This document shows positions 18,102 to 27,734 of a stretch of DNA of 64,000 nucleotides, one piece after another. The position numbers and the translations under genes were made by a program. Positions within the stretch are counted from its first letter, which is position 1, and the number at the start of each line of letters is the position of its first letter. The stretch is from Candidatus Harrisonbacteria bacterium RIFCSPHIGHO2_02_FULL_40_20 (GTDB lineage Bacteria; Patescibacteriota; Minisyncoccia; UBA6257; WO2-44-18). The notes below the pieces were generated by a model. That model made no database searches, had not been told where the DNA came from, and saw only the letters and a list, made by a program, of their open reading frames with translations. Location of the stretch: positions 3,157-67,156 of the forward strand of contig MHJF01000006.1 in NCBI GenBank assembly GCA_001818675.1, written 5' to 3'.

Positions 18102-18548
18102 TTATAAAATAACAATCTCGGCTTTTTGAAGCCCGAATTTACGGGCTTGAGCAGTGCTGGCAAACCAAATATCTACGCGATGAAAATAACGCGAAGCCAT
18201 GCGGTCTTCCACAATAAAAATCTTATCGCCATAAAGTTCTGGAATTTTAATTTTAGCTCCAATTTTTAAAAAGTTAGCTGCTACAATACCATCACGAACA
18301 TGAGTTCCCGAAGCTGTAATAAACGGAGTGTTATCAGTTTGATCAGGAGTAGAAGAATAAGCTGTGATATCCACAGTCAATCTAGTAGGTTGATATAATT
18401 GAGGAGCCATAATCAGATTGATTGAGGTAGAATTGATTTGATCCTCAAAAAGCTCTTTTGTAATAGAAATAGGGCCCGAAAAATTAAGGGTTTGAAAAGA
18501 AAACGCTAGAAATAAAGCAAAACTTAAGCTTTTGGTCATAGGTTTCAT
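18102..18548 (-). CDS. 3D-domain (peptidoglycan lytic transglycosylase-like) protein
   Basis: TAYSS..QTD.TPFITASG, VAAN, VEDR, VDIWF..A.KFG. Confidence 0.88.
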   Translation of the reverse strand: MKPMTKSLSFALFLAFSFQTLNFSGPISITKELFEDQINSTSINLIMAPQLYQPTRLTVDITAYSSTPDQTDNTPFITASGTHVRDGIVAANFLKIGAKIKIPELYGDKIFIVEDRMASRYFHRVDIWFASTAQARKFGLQKAEIVIL

Positions 18549-18704
18549 AATGCTTTTTATCACTGGAGGTAACAAAAAATGCCCTTTCAGGCAGTAGTGT
18601 TTGTACTCTTCAGTTTGGATATATACTAGCAAATGGCAACCGATTTGTCAAGTGCCTTAAAATCTGGTATAATATTGGCTATAATTAGCCAGAGAGCAAC
18701 AAAT

Positions 18705-18776
18705 GCCCTCGTAATTCAATGGACAGAATAGCTCCGTCCTAAGGAGAAAATGACTGTTCGATTCAGTCCGAGGGCA
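18705..18776 (+). tRNA. tRNA-Arg(CCT)
   Basis: Arm CTCC-GTCCTAA-GGAG; acceptor GCCCTCG/CGAGGGC. Confidence 0.88.
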
Positions 18777-18780
18777 AAGG

Positions 18781-18827
18781 CTAAATCTGCCAGCTGGCGG
18801 ATCGCCCGATTGCCAATAGCGGTTTAG
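18781..18827 (+). mobile_element. Family B element at the 5' end of tRNA-Ser(CGA)
   Basis: GG[CTAAA-TCTGCCAGCTGGCGGA-TCGCCCGA-TTGCCAATAGCGG-TTTAG]GG. Confidence 0.75.
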
Positions 18828-18914
18828 GGAGGGTTGGCAGAGTGGTTTAACGCGCCGCACTCGAAATGCGGTTGGGGAGAAATCCCCTCGGAGGTTCGAA
18901 TCCTCCACCCTCCG
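18828..18914 (+). tRNA. tRNA-Ser(CGA)
   Basis: CCGCA-CTCGAAA-TGCGG, long variable arm. Confidence 0.95.
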
Positions 18915-18916
18915 TT

Positions 18917-18987
18917 GGGCCTATAGTTCAGTGGCAGAACGCCTCGTTTGCAACGAGGAGGCGCCAGTTCAATTCTGGCTAGGTCCA
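18917..18987 (+). tRNA. tRNA-Ala(TGC)
   Basis: CCTCG-TTTGCAA-CGAGG, G3:U70. Confidence 0.95.
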
Positions 18988-19005
18988 TTACAGAAAAGGT
19001 ACGGG

Positions 19006-19044
19006 GCAAGTGAGGAAGCGCGAGTTCGATTCTCGCCGAGTCCA
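19006..19044 (+). pseudogene. tRNA-Ala-like 3' half remnant
   Basis: TGAGG-AAGC-GCGAG-TTCGATT-CTCGC-CGAGTCC-A preceded by GGTACGGGG. Confidence 0.65.
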
Positions 19045-19081
19045 AAATTTAATTTAAATTTACTGGTACCTACATTTATTT

Positions 19082-19660
19082 ATGGAGAGCAAAGAAAAAC
19101 ATTATAAGGAAATATCCGCAACTTGGAGGAATTTTGAACAAATTATCGAAGAGTTAAAGTTAAAACAAGAAGACTTAGAGGATAAAATAATTCTTGATAT
19201 AGGTAGCGGTGGCGGCGGTTTTGCCGCGGGCGTTAAAGAAAATCCCGAACTTAACTCAAGAGTTATTTCTCTTGACCCTAACTATAATCTAGAAAAATTG
19301 TCGGAAGAAAACGCCAATTTAATTAAGAAGGCTGTACGAGAATTAAAATCAGAGCAATTACCAATGGTAGCGGGTTTATCTCAAGAGCTTCCGTTTAAGG
19401 ATGAAAGCATAGATTTAGTAATATCCAACCACGCCGTTCCGTGGCACATATTAGATAGCGCAGACAAGGTTTCTAAAAGCATTAAGGAGATGATAAGAGT
19501 TTTAAAACCTGGAGGCGAAATAAGGCTTCATCCGGTAGATGAAAAAATTTATAACATAGTCGCCATCATCATAGAAGGCGTTAAACGAAAAGAATTAGAA
19601 TTAAAAAGACGAGAAGATTTGGTTATTATAAGAAAAGTTGTTATGGAAAATAAAGAATGA
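19082..19660 (+). CDS. Class I SAM-dependent methyltransferase
   Basis: ILDIGSGGG, LPFKDESIDLV, EMIRVLKPGG. Confidence 0.9.
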   Translation: MESKEKHYKEISATWRNFEQIIEELKLKQEDLEDKIILDIGSGGGGFAAGVKENPELNSRVISLDPNYNLEKLSEENANLIKKAVRELKSEQLPMVAGLSQELPFKDESIDLVISNHAVPWHILDSADKVSKSIKEMIRVLKPGGEIRLHPVDEKIYNIVAIIIEGVKRKELELKRREDLVIIRKVVMENKE

Positions 19661-19675
19661 TACCATAAACTTACG

Positions 19676-20098
19676 ATGAGATTTTTTGGAGGAATGGGAA
19701 TGTATGAAGGAATGATGGAATTTAGTGATGTTTCCGTTTTTATCGGCAGGTTTTTCGGGTTTTATCTTTTGATAGTGGCGGTGGCCTTGCTGGTTAATCG
19801 CAAGCGTCTAATTTCAATTGTAAAGAGTTTTGCTGATAATCCGGCATTGATGATCTTCTCTGGATTTGTGAATTTAGTTTTGGGGCTTTTAGCGGTAATG
19901 TTCCACAATATTTGGGTTAGTGATTGGCGGTTGGTGGTGACTATTTTAGCTTGGTTGACTTTAGTAAAGGGGCTTGGTCGCTGGTTTTTCCCGGACGTCG
20001 CTAAAAAAATGGCCGTTAAAGTGAATGATCGCTGGGTGGTTATCACCGCTTTGAGTTGTTTGGTTGTCGGGTTATATCTTCTTAGTAATACTTTTTAA
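19676..20098 (+). CDS. Four-TM membrane protein
   Basis: HNIW..DW..VVTILAW..L.KG motif; hydrophobic. Confidence 0.7.
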   Translation: MRFFGGMGMYEGMMEFSDVSVFIGRFFGFYLLIVAVALLVNRKRLISIVKSFADNPALMIFSGFVNLVLGLLAVMFHNIWVSDWRLVVTILAWLTLVKGLGRWFFPDVAKKMAVKVNDRWVVITALSCLVVGLYLLSNTF

Positions 20099-20183
20099 TT
20101 TTAATCATCATAGTTTTTCTTTGAAAAAATCTGGTAATAGCTTATTATATTCTTAGTTCTTTAATTATGACGAGGAGGAATTT

Positions 20184-20702
20184 ATGAAAAATTTGCGGTC
20201 CAAGAAAGTTTCGGAATCCGCGACGAATGATCATACTCATCTTCTTTTCCCCAATGATCTTAATGCCATTGGTACGGCTTTTGGCGGCAGGGTAGTGGAA
20301 ATTGCCGATCGCTTGGCATCCACTGTGGCGCGCCGCCATAGCGGCAGAACTTGCGTGACTTTACTTATAGATTCCGTGCGTTTTTTGGGTCCGGCCGCTC
20401 AAGGCGAAATTTTAGTTTTTAAAGCCGCGGTCAATCGAGTCTGGAATACTTCTATGGAAGTAGGCGTGAAAGTGCTGGCAGAAAATTCAAAAATCGGGAA
20501 GCAAAGGCACGTGGCCTCAGCTTATTTTACTTTCGTAGCGATTAATTCTAAAAACAGTCCGGTGAAAATTCGATCGGTTGTATCGGAAACTGAAGAGGAA
20601 AAGCGGCGTTATCGTGAAGCCGATGAGCGGCGCGAAGAACGGCTACGTCATTGTATAGTTAAAGGATGTCGTAATAAGAAAGGAGCAAAGAGTGGCGACT
20701 AA
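20184..20702 (+). CDS. Acyl-CoA thioesterase (hotdog fold)
   Basis: PNDLN..G..FGG, VNRVWNTSMEVGV, SAYFTFVA. Confidence 0.92.
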   Translation: MKNLRSKKVSESATNDHTHLLFPNDLNAIGTAFGGRVVEIADRLASTVARRHSGRTCVTLLIDSVRFLGPAAQGEILVFKAAVNRVWNTSMEVGVKVLAENSKIGKQRHVASAYFTFVAINSKNSPVKIRSVVSETEEEKRRYREADERREERLRHCIVKGCRNKKGAKSGD

Positions 20703-21135
20703 AAAAAGTTCGATTTTGCGGCTGGCAGAAATAAATCATCTTTTAAGCCAGCTCTCGGAAAGAGCTAAGCCCCTTACTTTAAAAAAGTTTAATGAAACAA
20801 TTCTTAAGCAGAAGAATTTTTGTCTTCTTAGGGCCTATCTTGAAGATTCTTCTGAAACCGGACAGTTAGTTGGTATGGGAAGTATTTATTTTGAGCATAC
20901 ATTGAGCGGGTTTAAGGGTTATATTGACGATGTGGTGGTTGATAAGATGTATCGCGGATTAAGCATTGGCGAGCAGATTACTCGCGGTTTAATTAGGGTC
21001 GCAAAAAAGCGCGGGGCAGAATGGATTGATTTGACCAGCAATCCAAAGCGCAAAGCCGCCATCGCTTTGTATAAAAAATTAGGATTCCGGAAACGAGACT
21101 CTAAGCCCTATCGCTTAGTTTTGAAGAAAAAATAA
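20692..21135 (+). CDS. GNAT acetyltransferase
   Basis: IDDVVVD..YRG..IG, AA.ALYKKLGF. Confidence 0.9.
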   Translation: MATKKSSILRLAEINHLLSQLSERAKPLTLKKFNETILKQKNFCLLRAYLEDSSETGQLVGMGSIYFEHTLSGFKGYIDDVVVDKMYRGLSIGEQITRGLIRVAKKRGAEWIDLTSNPKRKAAIALYKKLGFRKRDSKPYRLVLKKK

Positions 21136-21326
21136 CTTTTGTAAGTTGATATTGAAATAGCGTCTCAAAGACGCTATTTTTATTAGAGTTGGTGGGGGTG
21201 GTTTGACTACCGCCGTTGGCGGGGCCTCGCTATGAACGGTGGGTGGTTTAAAGAGTTTGTCTTGTTTTCGTTTTGTTTGATCTGCCGGTTGGCGGAGAAG
21301 CTACAAAACGCAATCCCGCACAAAGC

Positions 21327-21413
21327 GGAAGGTTGGCAGAGTGGTCTAACGCGCCGCACTTGAAATGCGGTATCCCGGAAACGGGATCGGAGGTTCGAAT
21401 CCTCCACCTTCCG
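21327..21413 (+). tRNA. tRNA-Ser(TGA)
   Basis: CCGCA-CTTGAAA-TGCGG, long variable arm. Confidence 0.95.
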
Positions 21414-21460
21414 AAAAAATAAAAATCCTCGACGTAAGGTCGGGGATTTTGTGTATAAAT

Positions 21461-22603
21461 TTATTCGTTTTTTCGAATTTCAAATCTTGGATATAATTCT
21501 TTCATTCGTTCCACTAAACCGGTGTAAGCGATTTCTTCTTCAGAAGCCATCGCGACTCCGAAAAATCCTTGTTCGCGCATATAGCTGGATTTAGCTAGAG
21601 CTTTTTGTCGCGCCTCTTCCCATTCCAAGCCTTCAAATATATCAATCTCTTCTTCGGTAAATTGCCCATTTTGATTCATAGAAAAAGCGAGACAAGAAAC
21701 AATTGGCTGGCAATATCCGCCGCGCACTGGCGTTTGAATAGATACTGGCATCAGAGCCATTGTATGGCTGCCGCGGCAATCGCCAGTGACAAACGGGCAG
21801 TCTTTAAACGGTTCTACAACTTCTTCTGTCGCCGAGAAAATTCCTTGCGTTCGGACAATCATTATAGGATCATCTTTACCGGTGTATTTTCCGGCAATAT
21901 TGTGCAGGCGCGTGGCGGAAACAGATACGAATTGTTCATTAGGATAAGCGTTAGAGTAGGCCGCTTCTATGGCAAATCGATCAATATTTCTTAAGAGCGC
22001 TGCTAATTTGATATGCCCAAGCCCTTCAGCTGTATTAATTTTGATAATTCGATCAGTATTTTTGTCTTTATGGTCCATATCAATGACGGTTGCGGTAAAT
22101 CCTAGGAAGAGTTTTGGGGAAAGAAGTAATCCGCCGTTTCGCATCGGATTGCAGAGTGTGTTCCAAAGCGCGAAATTGTACGCGCCCGGGCCGCATTTAT
22201 CCGCGGCAAACACTAAAAATGCTTCGGCTGGCCGATGGTTAGGTAAAAGTTCAAATTCTGTTTCTGCCACTGCCGGGCCTGCGCCCCGAACGTTCCCCGA
22301 AGGCGCATCCACTAATAGATCCTGCCCCGCTCCATAAAAACCGTAATGCTTGGCGATACGAGTTGCTTCTTTAAAAACATTCCAAGCAAATAAATGAATT
22401 AACGAAGCGCCTTTGCCAAGAGTATGGCTCATAATTAAACAAAGATCGTCGCCGGTGTAAGTAACTATTCCGTCAATCAATAAACCGGAGGTTTTGGCTT
22501 GGCGCATTAAATCTTCGCAAGATTGAACCATCGTATCGCCTGGTTTAGTGTGGCCACCAATACTTCCTACATCAGCTTTGATCACTGATAGAGTAACGCG
22601 CAT
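21461..22603 (-). CDS. fbp: Bifunctional fructose-1,6-bisphosphate aldolase/phosphatase (class V)
   Basis: SVIKADVGSIGGH, YGAGQDLL, GNVRGAGP, AGKYTGKDDP, RGSH. Confidence 0.93.
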   Translation of the reverse strand: MRVTLSVIKADVGSIGGHTKPGDTMVQSCEDLMRQAKTSGLLIDGIVTYTGDDLCLIMSHTLGKGASLIHLFAWNVFKEATRIAKHYGFYGAGQDLLVDAPSGNVRGAGPAVAETEFELLPNHRPAEAFLVFAADKCGPGAYNFALWNTLCNPMRNGGLLLSPKLFLGFTATVIDMDHKDKNTDRIIKINTAEGLGHIKLAALLRNIDRFAIEAAYSNAYPNEQFVSVSATRLHNIAGKYTGKDDPIMIVRTQGIFSATEEVVEPFKDCPFVTGDCRGSHTMALMPVSIQTPVRGGYCQPIVSCLAFSMNQNGQFTEEEIDIFEGLEWEEARQKALAKSSYMREQGFFGVAMASEEEIAYTGLVERMKELYPRFEIRKNE

Positions 22604-22613
22604 AGTCGTCTCC

Positions 22614-22699
22614 CTAAATCAAAACGGGGTTTTGATCGGCTATAGCCCGATGGGCTCGCCCATTTAGGGGCGAACAATTTACGAAGCAAATTGTTTTAG
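22614..22699 (-). mobile_element. Family B element in the fbp ribosome-binding site, with an extra nested hairpin
   Basis: Minus strand AAGG-CTAAAA..TCGCCC..CCGATCAAAACCCCGTTTTGATTTAG-GGAGA..ATG. Confidence 0.7.
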
Positions 22700-22793
22700 C
22701 CTTTTCAATTTTAAAGAACATTTTTCGCTAAAATATTAGCGTACTAAATATAACTTGGTCAAATGCGAATTAGTTATTTGATATAATAAAGAA

Positions 22794-25394
22794 GTGATTA
22801 CAAAAGACATTTTAAGCCGGAGTTTTTGGGCGCTTCCGAAGCATGAAGTTTTAGATATCTTAGAAACTAGTTTTGACGGTTTAGTGGAAGAGGATGCTAA
22901 AGAACGGCAGGGGATTTTTGGAAAGAATATTTTATTAAAGAGGACGCGGACCGCCGCGCTTCAGATTTTTTTACGCCAATTTGAGAGTCCGCTTATCTTT
23001 TTGCTTTTGATCGCTGTTGCTATAACGGGATTTTTACAAGATTACAAGGACGCGGTTTTTATTGGCTTAGCGGTAGCCATTAATGTCGCTTTGGGATTTT
23101 ATCAAGAGAATAAAGCGGAATCGGTTATTGCCCATATTCAAAGCTATGTTCGAGAAAAAGCAAAGGTTTTTCGAAACAATCAAGAATTAGAAATAGATGC
23201 GGAGGAATTAACGCCAGGAGACATTGTGCATGTTACCCAAGGCGACCGAGTGCCTGCTGACTGCCGGTTGATTTATATCAATGATTTAATGGTAGATGAA
23301 TCAATTTTAACAGGGGAGTCTTTGCCTTCTGTTAAAACCACCGAGCCTTCTAGTTTTAAAGCGGTTCTAGGAGATCAGCGATCCATGATTTTTAAAGGCA
23401 CTTCTGTTGTGCAAGGTTTTGCTAACGTTGTTGTTTGCCGAACTGGATTAAATACAGAATTGGGTAAAATCGCTTCATTGGTAGCGGCGGCAGAAAAAGA
23501 AAAAACTCCTTTGCAGCTTGCTATTAGCCGTTTTGCCCTAAAAGCCAGTATTTTTTTAATATTTTTAACCACCGTAATTTTTTTCACAGGCATTGCTTTG
23601 GGCAAGTCAATGCTAGAAATGTTTTTAACTTCGGTAGCAATCGCTGTTGCCGCGGTGCCGGAAGGATTGCCGGTTGCGATGACGGTGATTTTAGCGATTG
23701 GCGTCCAGCGTTTAGCAGAAAGGCGTGGCGTAGTGAGAAAATTATTAGCGGCGGAAACTTTGGGGAGCACGTCTATAATTCTTACTGATAAAACCGGAAC
23801 GCTTACGGAAGCTAAAATGTCTCTGTCTTTAGTGGAGTGTTTTGCGTCTACTTGCGATCGGGATGATTTATTAAAATTCGCGCTTTTAAATAGCGATGTG
23901 GTGATTGAAAATCCTCGTGAACATCCGGAGAATTGGCGAATTATCGGGCGCCCCTTAGAAGCGGCGATGGTGAGTTCGGCGGCTGGTTATGGAGTATTAC
24001 TGCCGAAATTAAGAAAAGAAAATAAAATTATAGACTCCCTGCCTTTTAATTCTTCTAATAAATTCTCCGCTTCGTTATTAGAACATGCCGATTACCATCT
24101 TTTGACGATGTTTGGCGCTCCGGAGATATTGTTAAAATTTTCTGATTTGCCGGCAGAAGAGAAAAAACGCATTAATCATGAAATCAATAAGTTGGCTACT
24201 AGCGGCGAGCGAGTTTTAGCTATTGCCACAAAAAGATTTACTCCAGAAAGCGAAATCTTTTTGCGGGATAAAAAAACTTATAATGATATAAATTTTTTGG
24301 GCATTGTGGCTTTTCGCGATCCGGTCAGGCCACATGTTAGAGATGTTATTGAACGCGTTAAAGAAGCAGGCGTCAAAGTGGTTATTGTCACTGGAGATCA
24401 CCAAGGGACTGCAGAAGCTGTAGCAAGAGAGGTGGGTTTGGCGGCGCGGCCCGACGAAATCATCAATGGCGCTGAATTGGATGCATTAACTGAAGATGAA
24501 TTAAAAATGAAATTGCCGATTTTAAAAATCGTTTCTCGGGTAAGTCCGGAAGGCAAAGTTCGCATTGCTAAAGGCTATAAAGCTTTAGGTGAAACTGTGG
24601 CGATGACTGGTGATGGTCTAAACGACGCGGCGTCTCTAAAAGAAGCCGATATCGGAATTGCTATGGGATCGGGCGCTGATGTGGCGAAAGATGTTTCCGA
24701 CCTCGTTCTTTTAGATAATGATTTTTCTACGATTGTTACTGCTATTGAAGAGGGTCGAAGAATTTTAGAAAATATCCGGAAAGTGATTGTTTATTTAATG
24801 TCTTCGATTTTTGATGAACTAATTTTAATAGGCGCTGCTTTGGCTTTTGGAGTGGCTCTTCCTTTGAACGCGCTACAAATTTTATTTATCAACTTTGTTA
24901 CAGATAGTTTTCCGGCTATGGGATTAGCCTTTGAAGATCATATTGATTACTTAATGACAAAGCGCCGGAAAGCTAGTTTAAATTTATTTGATAAAGAAAT
25001 GAGATTGCTGACTTTGACGATTGGAATACCTACCAGCCTGATGCTGTTTGTAATTTATTGGGGCTTATTGAAATATGGATTAGACCCTGCTGAAGTTAAA
25101 ACTTTTATTTTTGCCGCTTTCGGAACTTATTCTTTGTTCCTGATTTTTTCTGTTCGGAGCTTGCGCAAGCCCATTTTTACTTATAATCCTTTTTCCAATT
25201 TTTATTTATTGGGCGCGGTATTTTTCAGCGCTGGCTTTATAGTTGCCTCTATCTATTGGATTCCGCTACAACAACTTTTGGGAAATGTTGCTTTATCGCC
25301 ATTGTGGTTAGTGGGAGTTGCTGGTGTGGGATTAATCAATATCATAGCGGTTGAGACGGGGAAATTTTTTATACGTAAAAAGGCAAATCTATAA
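22794..25394 (+). CDS. Cation-transporting P-type ATPase (type II)
   Basis: TGES, VPEGLP, DKTGTLT, TGDGLNDA. Confidence 0.96.
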   Translation: MITKDILSRSFWALPKHEVLDILETSFDGLVEEDAKERQGIFGKNILLKRTRTAALQIFLRQFESPLIFLLLIAVAITGFLQDYKDAVFIGLAVAINVALGFYQENKAESVIAHIQSYVREKAKVFRNNQELEIDAEELTPGDIVHVTQGDRVPADCRLIYINDLMVDESILTGESLPSVKTTEPSSFKAVLGDQRSMIFKGTSVVQGFANVVVCRTGLNTELGKIASLVAAAEKEKTPLQLAISRFALKASIFLIFLTTVIFFTGIALGKSMLEMFLTSVAIAVAAVPEGLPVAMTVILAIGVQRLAERRGVVRKLLAAETLGSTSIILTDKTGTLTEAKMSLSLVECFASTCDRDDLLKFALLNSDVVIENPREHPENWRIIGRPLEAAMVSSAAGYGVLLPKLRKENKIIDSLPFNSSNKFSASLLEHADYHLLTMFGAPEILLKFSDLPAEEKKRINHEINKLATSGERVLAIATKRFTPESEIFLRDKKTYNDINFLGIVAFRDPVRPHVRDVIERVKEAGVKVVIVTGDHQGTAEAVAREVGLAARPDEIINGAELDALTEDELKMKLPILKIVSRVSPEGKVRIAKGYKALGETVAMTGDGLNDAASLKEADIGIAMGSGADVAKDVSDLVLLDNDFSTIVTAIEEGRRILENIRKVIVYLMSSIFDELILIGAALAFGVALPLNALQILFINFVTDSFPAMGLAFEDHIDYLMTKRRKASLNLFDKEMRLLTLTIGIPTSLMLFVIYWGLLKYGLDPAEVKTFIFAAFGTYSLFLIFSVRSLRKPIFTYNPFSNFYLLGAVFFSAGFIVASIYWIPLQQLLGNVALSPLWLVGVAGVGLINIIAVETGKFFIRKKANL

Positions 25395-25418
25395 GGCGTT
25401 CGTAACGGCTTAGATAGA

Positions 25419-26135
25419 TTATTCGGCTTTGGCTATCGTAATGGCGATTATCTTTTTAGCGCCGGAGGATTTTAAAGTTTTCGCGGCTTCGGTTAGGGTA
25501 GATCCCGAAGTTACGATGTCATCCACCAGCACAATAATTTTCCCTTTTATTAATTCAGGATTTTTTACAAAAAAAGAATTAACAACGTTCTTAGTTCTTT
25601 GTTCAAGGTTTTTAAGTTCCATCTGGGGCAGGGTATTTTTATTTTTTAATAGGCAATTTTTAACTAAAGGCAAGTTTAATTTTGCGCTGGCGGTTTCGGC
25701 AATTAATTTAGATTGGTTAAAGCCGCGTTGGCGTTCTTTTGTGGGATGAAGCGGAAGAGGAATAACGATCGGGCTTATTCGGCCAATTGGGCTGATAAGC
25801 TCAATAAGCTGAAGTTTATTCAGATAAGTTTCCATAATCATTTTTAATGGCTTGGCGGCCGCGGTTTTCTTGTTATATTTTAATTCCCAAATTATTTTTT
25901 TTATTGGATCGGCGTATTTAGTCGCGGATCCTAAGACGTAGAGAGAATTTTTATGGCAGATTTTTTTATTTTCTGGCAATCGCGCGCGGCAAAGGCCGCA
26001 AAAGAGCGTTGAATAGATAGGAATTTTAGCAAAACATTCAGCGCAAAGGAAAGACTCTTCTTTTTTTACAATCTTGTCGCAGTTAAAACACAGTCGGGGG
26101 AAAATGGCATTTAGTATGTGATATAATAATGACAT
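25419..26135 (-). CDS. comF: ComF family competence protein
   Basis: N-terminal Zn ribbon, RGFNQS, LVDDIVTSGSTL. Confidence 0.92.
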   Translation of the reverse strand: MSLLYHILNAIFPRLCFNCDKIVKKEESFLCAECFAKIPIYSTLFCGLCRARLPENKKICHKNSLYVLGSATKYADPIKKIIWELKYNKKTAAAKPLKMIMETYLNKLQLIELISPIGRISPIVIPLPLHPTKERQRGFNQSKLIAETASAKLNLPLVKNCLLKNKNTLPQMELKNLEQRTKNVVNSFFVKNPELIKGKIIVLVDDIVTSGSTLTEAAKTLKSSGAKKIIAITIAKAE

Positions 26136-26136
26136 A

Positions 26137-27198
26137 ATGGCTTTCTTTGGAGATAAAACTTATTTGGGCGCGGAGATTGGCACTACCACCATCAAATTAG
26201 TGGAATTAATTAAAAGCGGCAAAGAGATAAGGTTGAAAAACTACGGAATTTTAGAAACTTATGGTTATTTAGAACGGTTTAATAACGCTCTTCAAACCAG
26301 CAGCCTGAAGGCTTTAGAGTCCGAGATTTCCGCTTATCTTAGCATCATTTTGCAGCGCGCCAAAATCAGGTCGCGCAATGCCACAGTTTCTTTGCCGGCT
26401 TTTTCCGCCTTTACTACCTTGATTGAATTGCCGGATATTCCAGAAGGGGAATTGCCATCCGCAATGGCGTTTCAAGCGAAACAGTACGTTCCTTTACCCA
26501 TCGCTTCAGTAAAACTAGATTATATTAAAGTGGGAGAACGGACGGATGAAAATGGTTTAAAGTTACAGCAGATTTTTTTGGTTTCTATTCCCAATGAACA
26601 GATAGATCGTTATCAAAAAATTTTTAATGGAGCAAGCCTTAATCTGAACGCTTTAGAAGTTGAGGGCATGAGCTTGGCCAGAGTTCTTACAAAAGGCATT
26701 AAAGAGGCTACGATGATTGTGGATTTGGGCGCTCGATCTACTTCTTTTGCGGTTGCTAAAGATGGATTTTTGCGTTTTGAGGCGCAGACCGATTTTGCCG
26801 GAGGATCTTTAACGCAAGCTTTGGCTTCGGGCATGAACATTTCTCCGCGCCGGGCCGAAGAATTAAAGCAACAGCGAGGCTTGTTAGCGGCTGGCGCCGA
26901 GTCCGAGTTATCCACACTGATGTTGCCGATATTGGATGTTATAATTAATGAAGCAAGGCGGGCAAAAGAAAACTTTGAAAAAAGCTATAAAGAGGGGATT
27001 ACGAGTTTAGTTTTGACAGGTGGCGGCGCTAATTTGCTTGGCATAGAAGACTACTTTACTAAACAATTAGCCGTTAAAACTGTCAGGGCAAATCCGTTTA
27101 GAAATATTATTTATCCCCCAGAAATTGAGCCGATTATTAAAAAATCTGGCCCGGCCTTTGCTGTTGCCTTAGGGGCAGCTATTAGGAATTTAGTTTAA
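26137..27198 (+). CDS. pilM: Type IV pilus assembly protein PilM
   Basis: Actin-like fold: EIGTTTIKLVE, VDLGARST, LTGGGANL, VALGAA. Confidence 0.92.
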   Translation: MAFFGDKTYLGAEIGTTTIKLVELIKSGKEIRLKNYGILETYGYLERFNNALQTSSLKALESEISAYLSIILQRAKIRSRNATVSLPAFSAFTTLIELPDIPEGELPSAMAFQAKQYVPLPIASVKLDYIKVGERTDENGLKLQQIFLVSIPNEQIDRYQKIFNGASLNLNALEVEGMSLARVLTKGIKEATMIVDLGARSTSFAVAKDGFLRFEAQTDFAGGSLTQALASGMNISPRRAEELKQQRGLLAAGAESELSTLMLPILDVIINEARRAKENFEKSYKEGITSLVLTGGGANLLGIEDYFTKQLAVKTVRANPFRNIIYPPEIEPIIKKSGPAFAVALGAAIRNLV

Positions 27199-27200
27199 AA

Positions 27201-27734
27201 ATGGATACCCAAAATCTTTTAGAAAGAGAGCGAATGACAACTGTCTGGCCCTGGCGTCTTTTTGTTACTTCCTTAATCGTCTTGATTGCGGCGGTTTTAT
27301 ATTATGTTGGTTTGGCTTTTGGATACAAAACTTATTTAAATAGCGGCATTGAAAAAAAAGACGTGGAAATTGCTGAACTCGCCGCTTTAATTCCGAAAGA
27401 AGATCAGGCTAGGCTGATGAGATTTTATAATCAGATTCAGAGTTTGAAGAATCTTTTAGACCAGCATGTTGTCAGTTCTAAAATTTTGCCCTTAATAGAA
27501 AAAAATACTAATAAGAAAATTTTTTATAATAAGCTGGATTTAGACGTGGCGCAACGGAGTTTAAATTTAGACGGCATCGCGGAATCTTATCAAATTTTAG
27601 CCCAACAATTAGAAGCATTTAAACAGACCCCGGGGGTGGAAAGATTCCTTCTTAACAATTCGCAATTTAATCAAGGGGTAGTGCGGTTTAATGTAACTGT
27701 GGTTTTAAAATCAGAATTATTTAAATCCAAATGA
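27201..27734 (+). CDS. pilN: PilN-like protein
   Basis: TM + coiled coil + ferredoxin-like end; follows pilM. Confidence 0.7.
   Translation: MDTQNLLERERMTTVWPWRLFVTSLIVLIAAVLYYVGLAFGYKTYLNSGIEKKDVEIAELAALIPKEDQARLMRFYNQIQSLKNLLDQHVVSSKILPLIEKNTNKKIFYNKLDLDVAQRSLNLDGIAESYQILAQQLEAFKQTPGVERFLLNNSQFNQGVVRFNVTVVLKSELFKSK

Noticed and set aside
18549-18620. c-di-AMP riboswitch upstream of the 3D-domain gene
   Set aside because: A hairpin is present but the ydaO consensus motifs are not recognisable.
18657-19045. ORF-track proteins over tRNA genes (also 16284, 21207, 38230, 40451, 40702, 60417, 60499)
   Set aside because: Shadow ORFs of tRNAs or repeats.
21186-21325. Structured RNA upstream of tRNA-Ser(TGA)
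   Set aside because: Only REP-like CCGCC/GGCGG hairpins are visible; no known RNA could be rebuilt.
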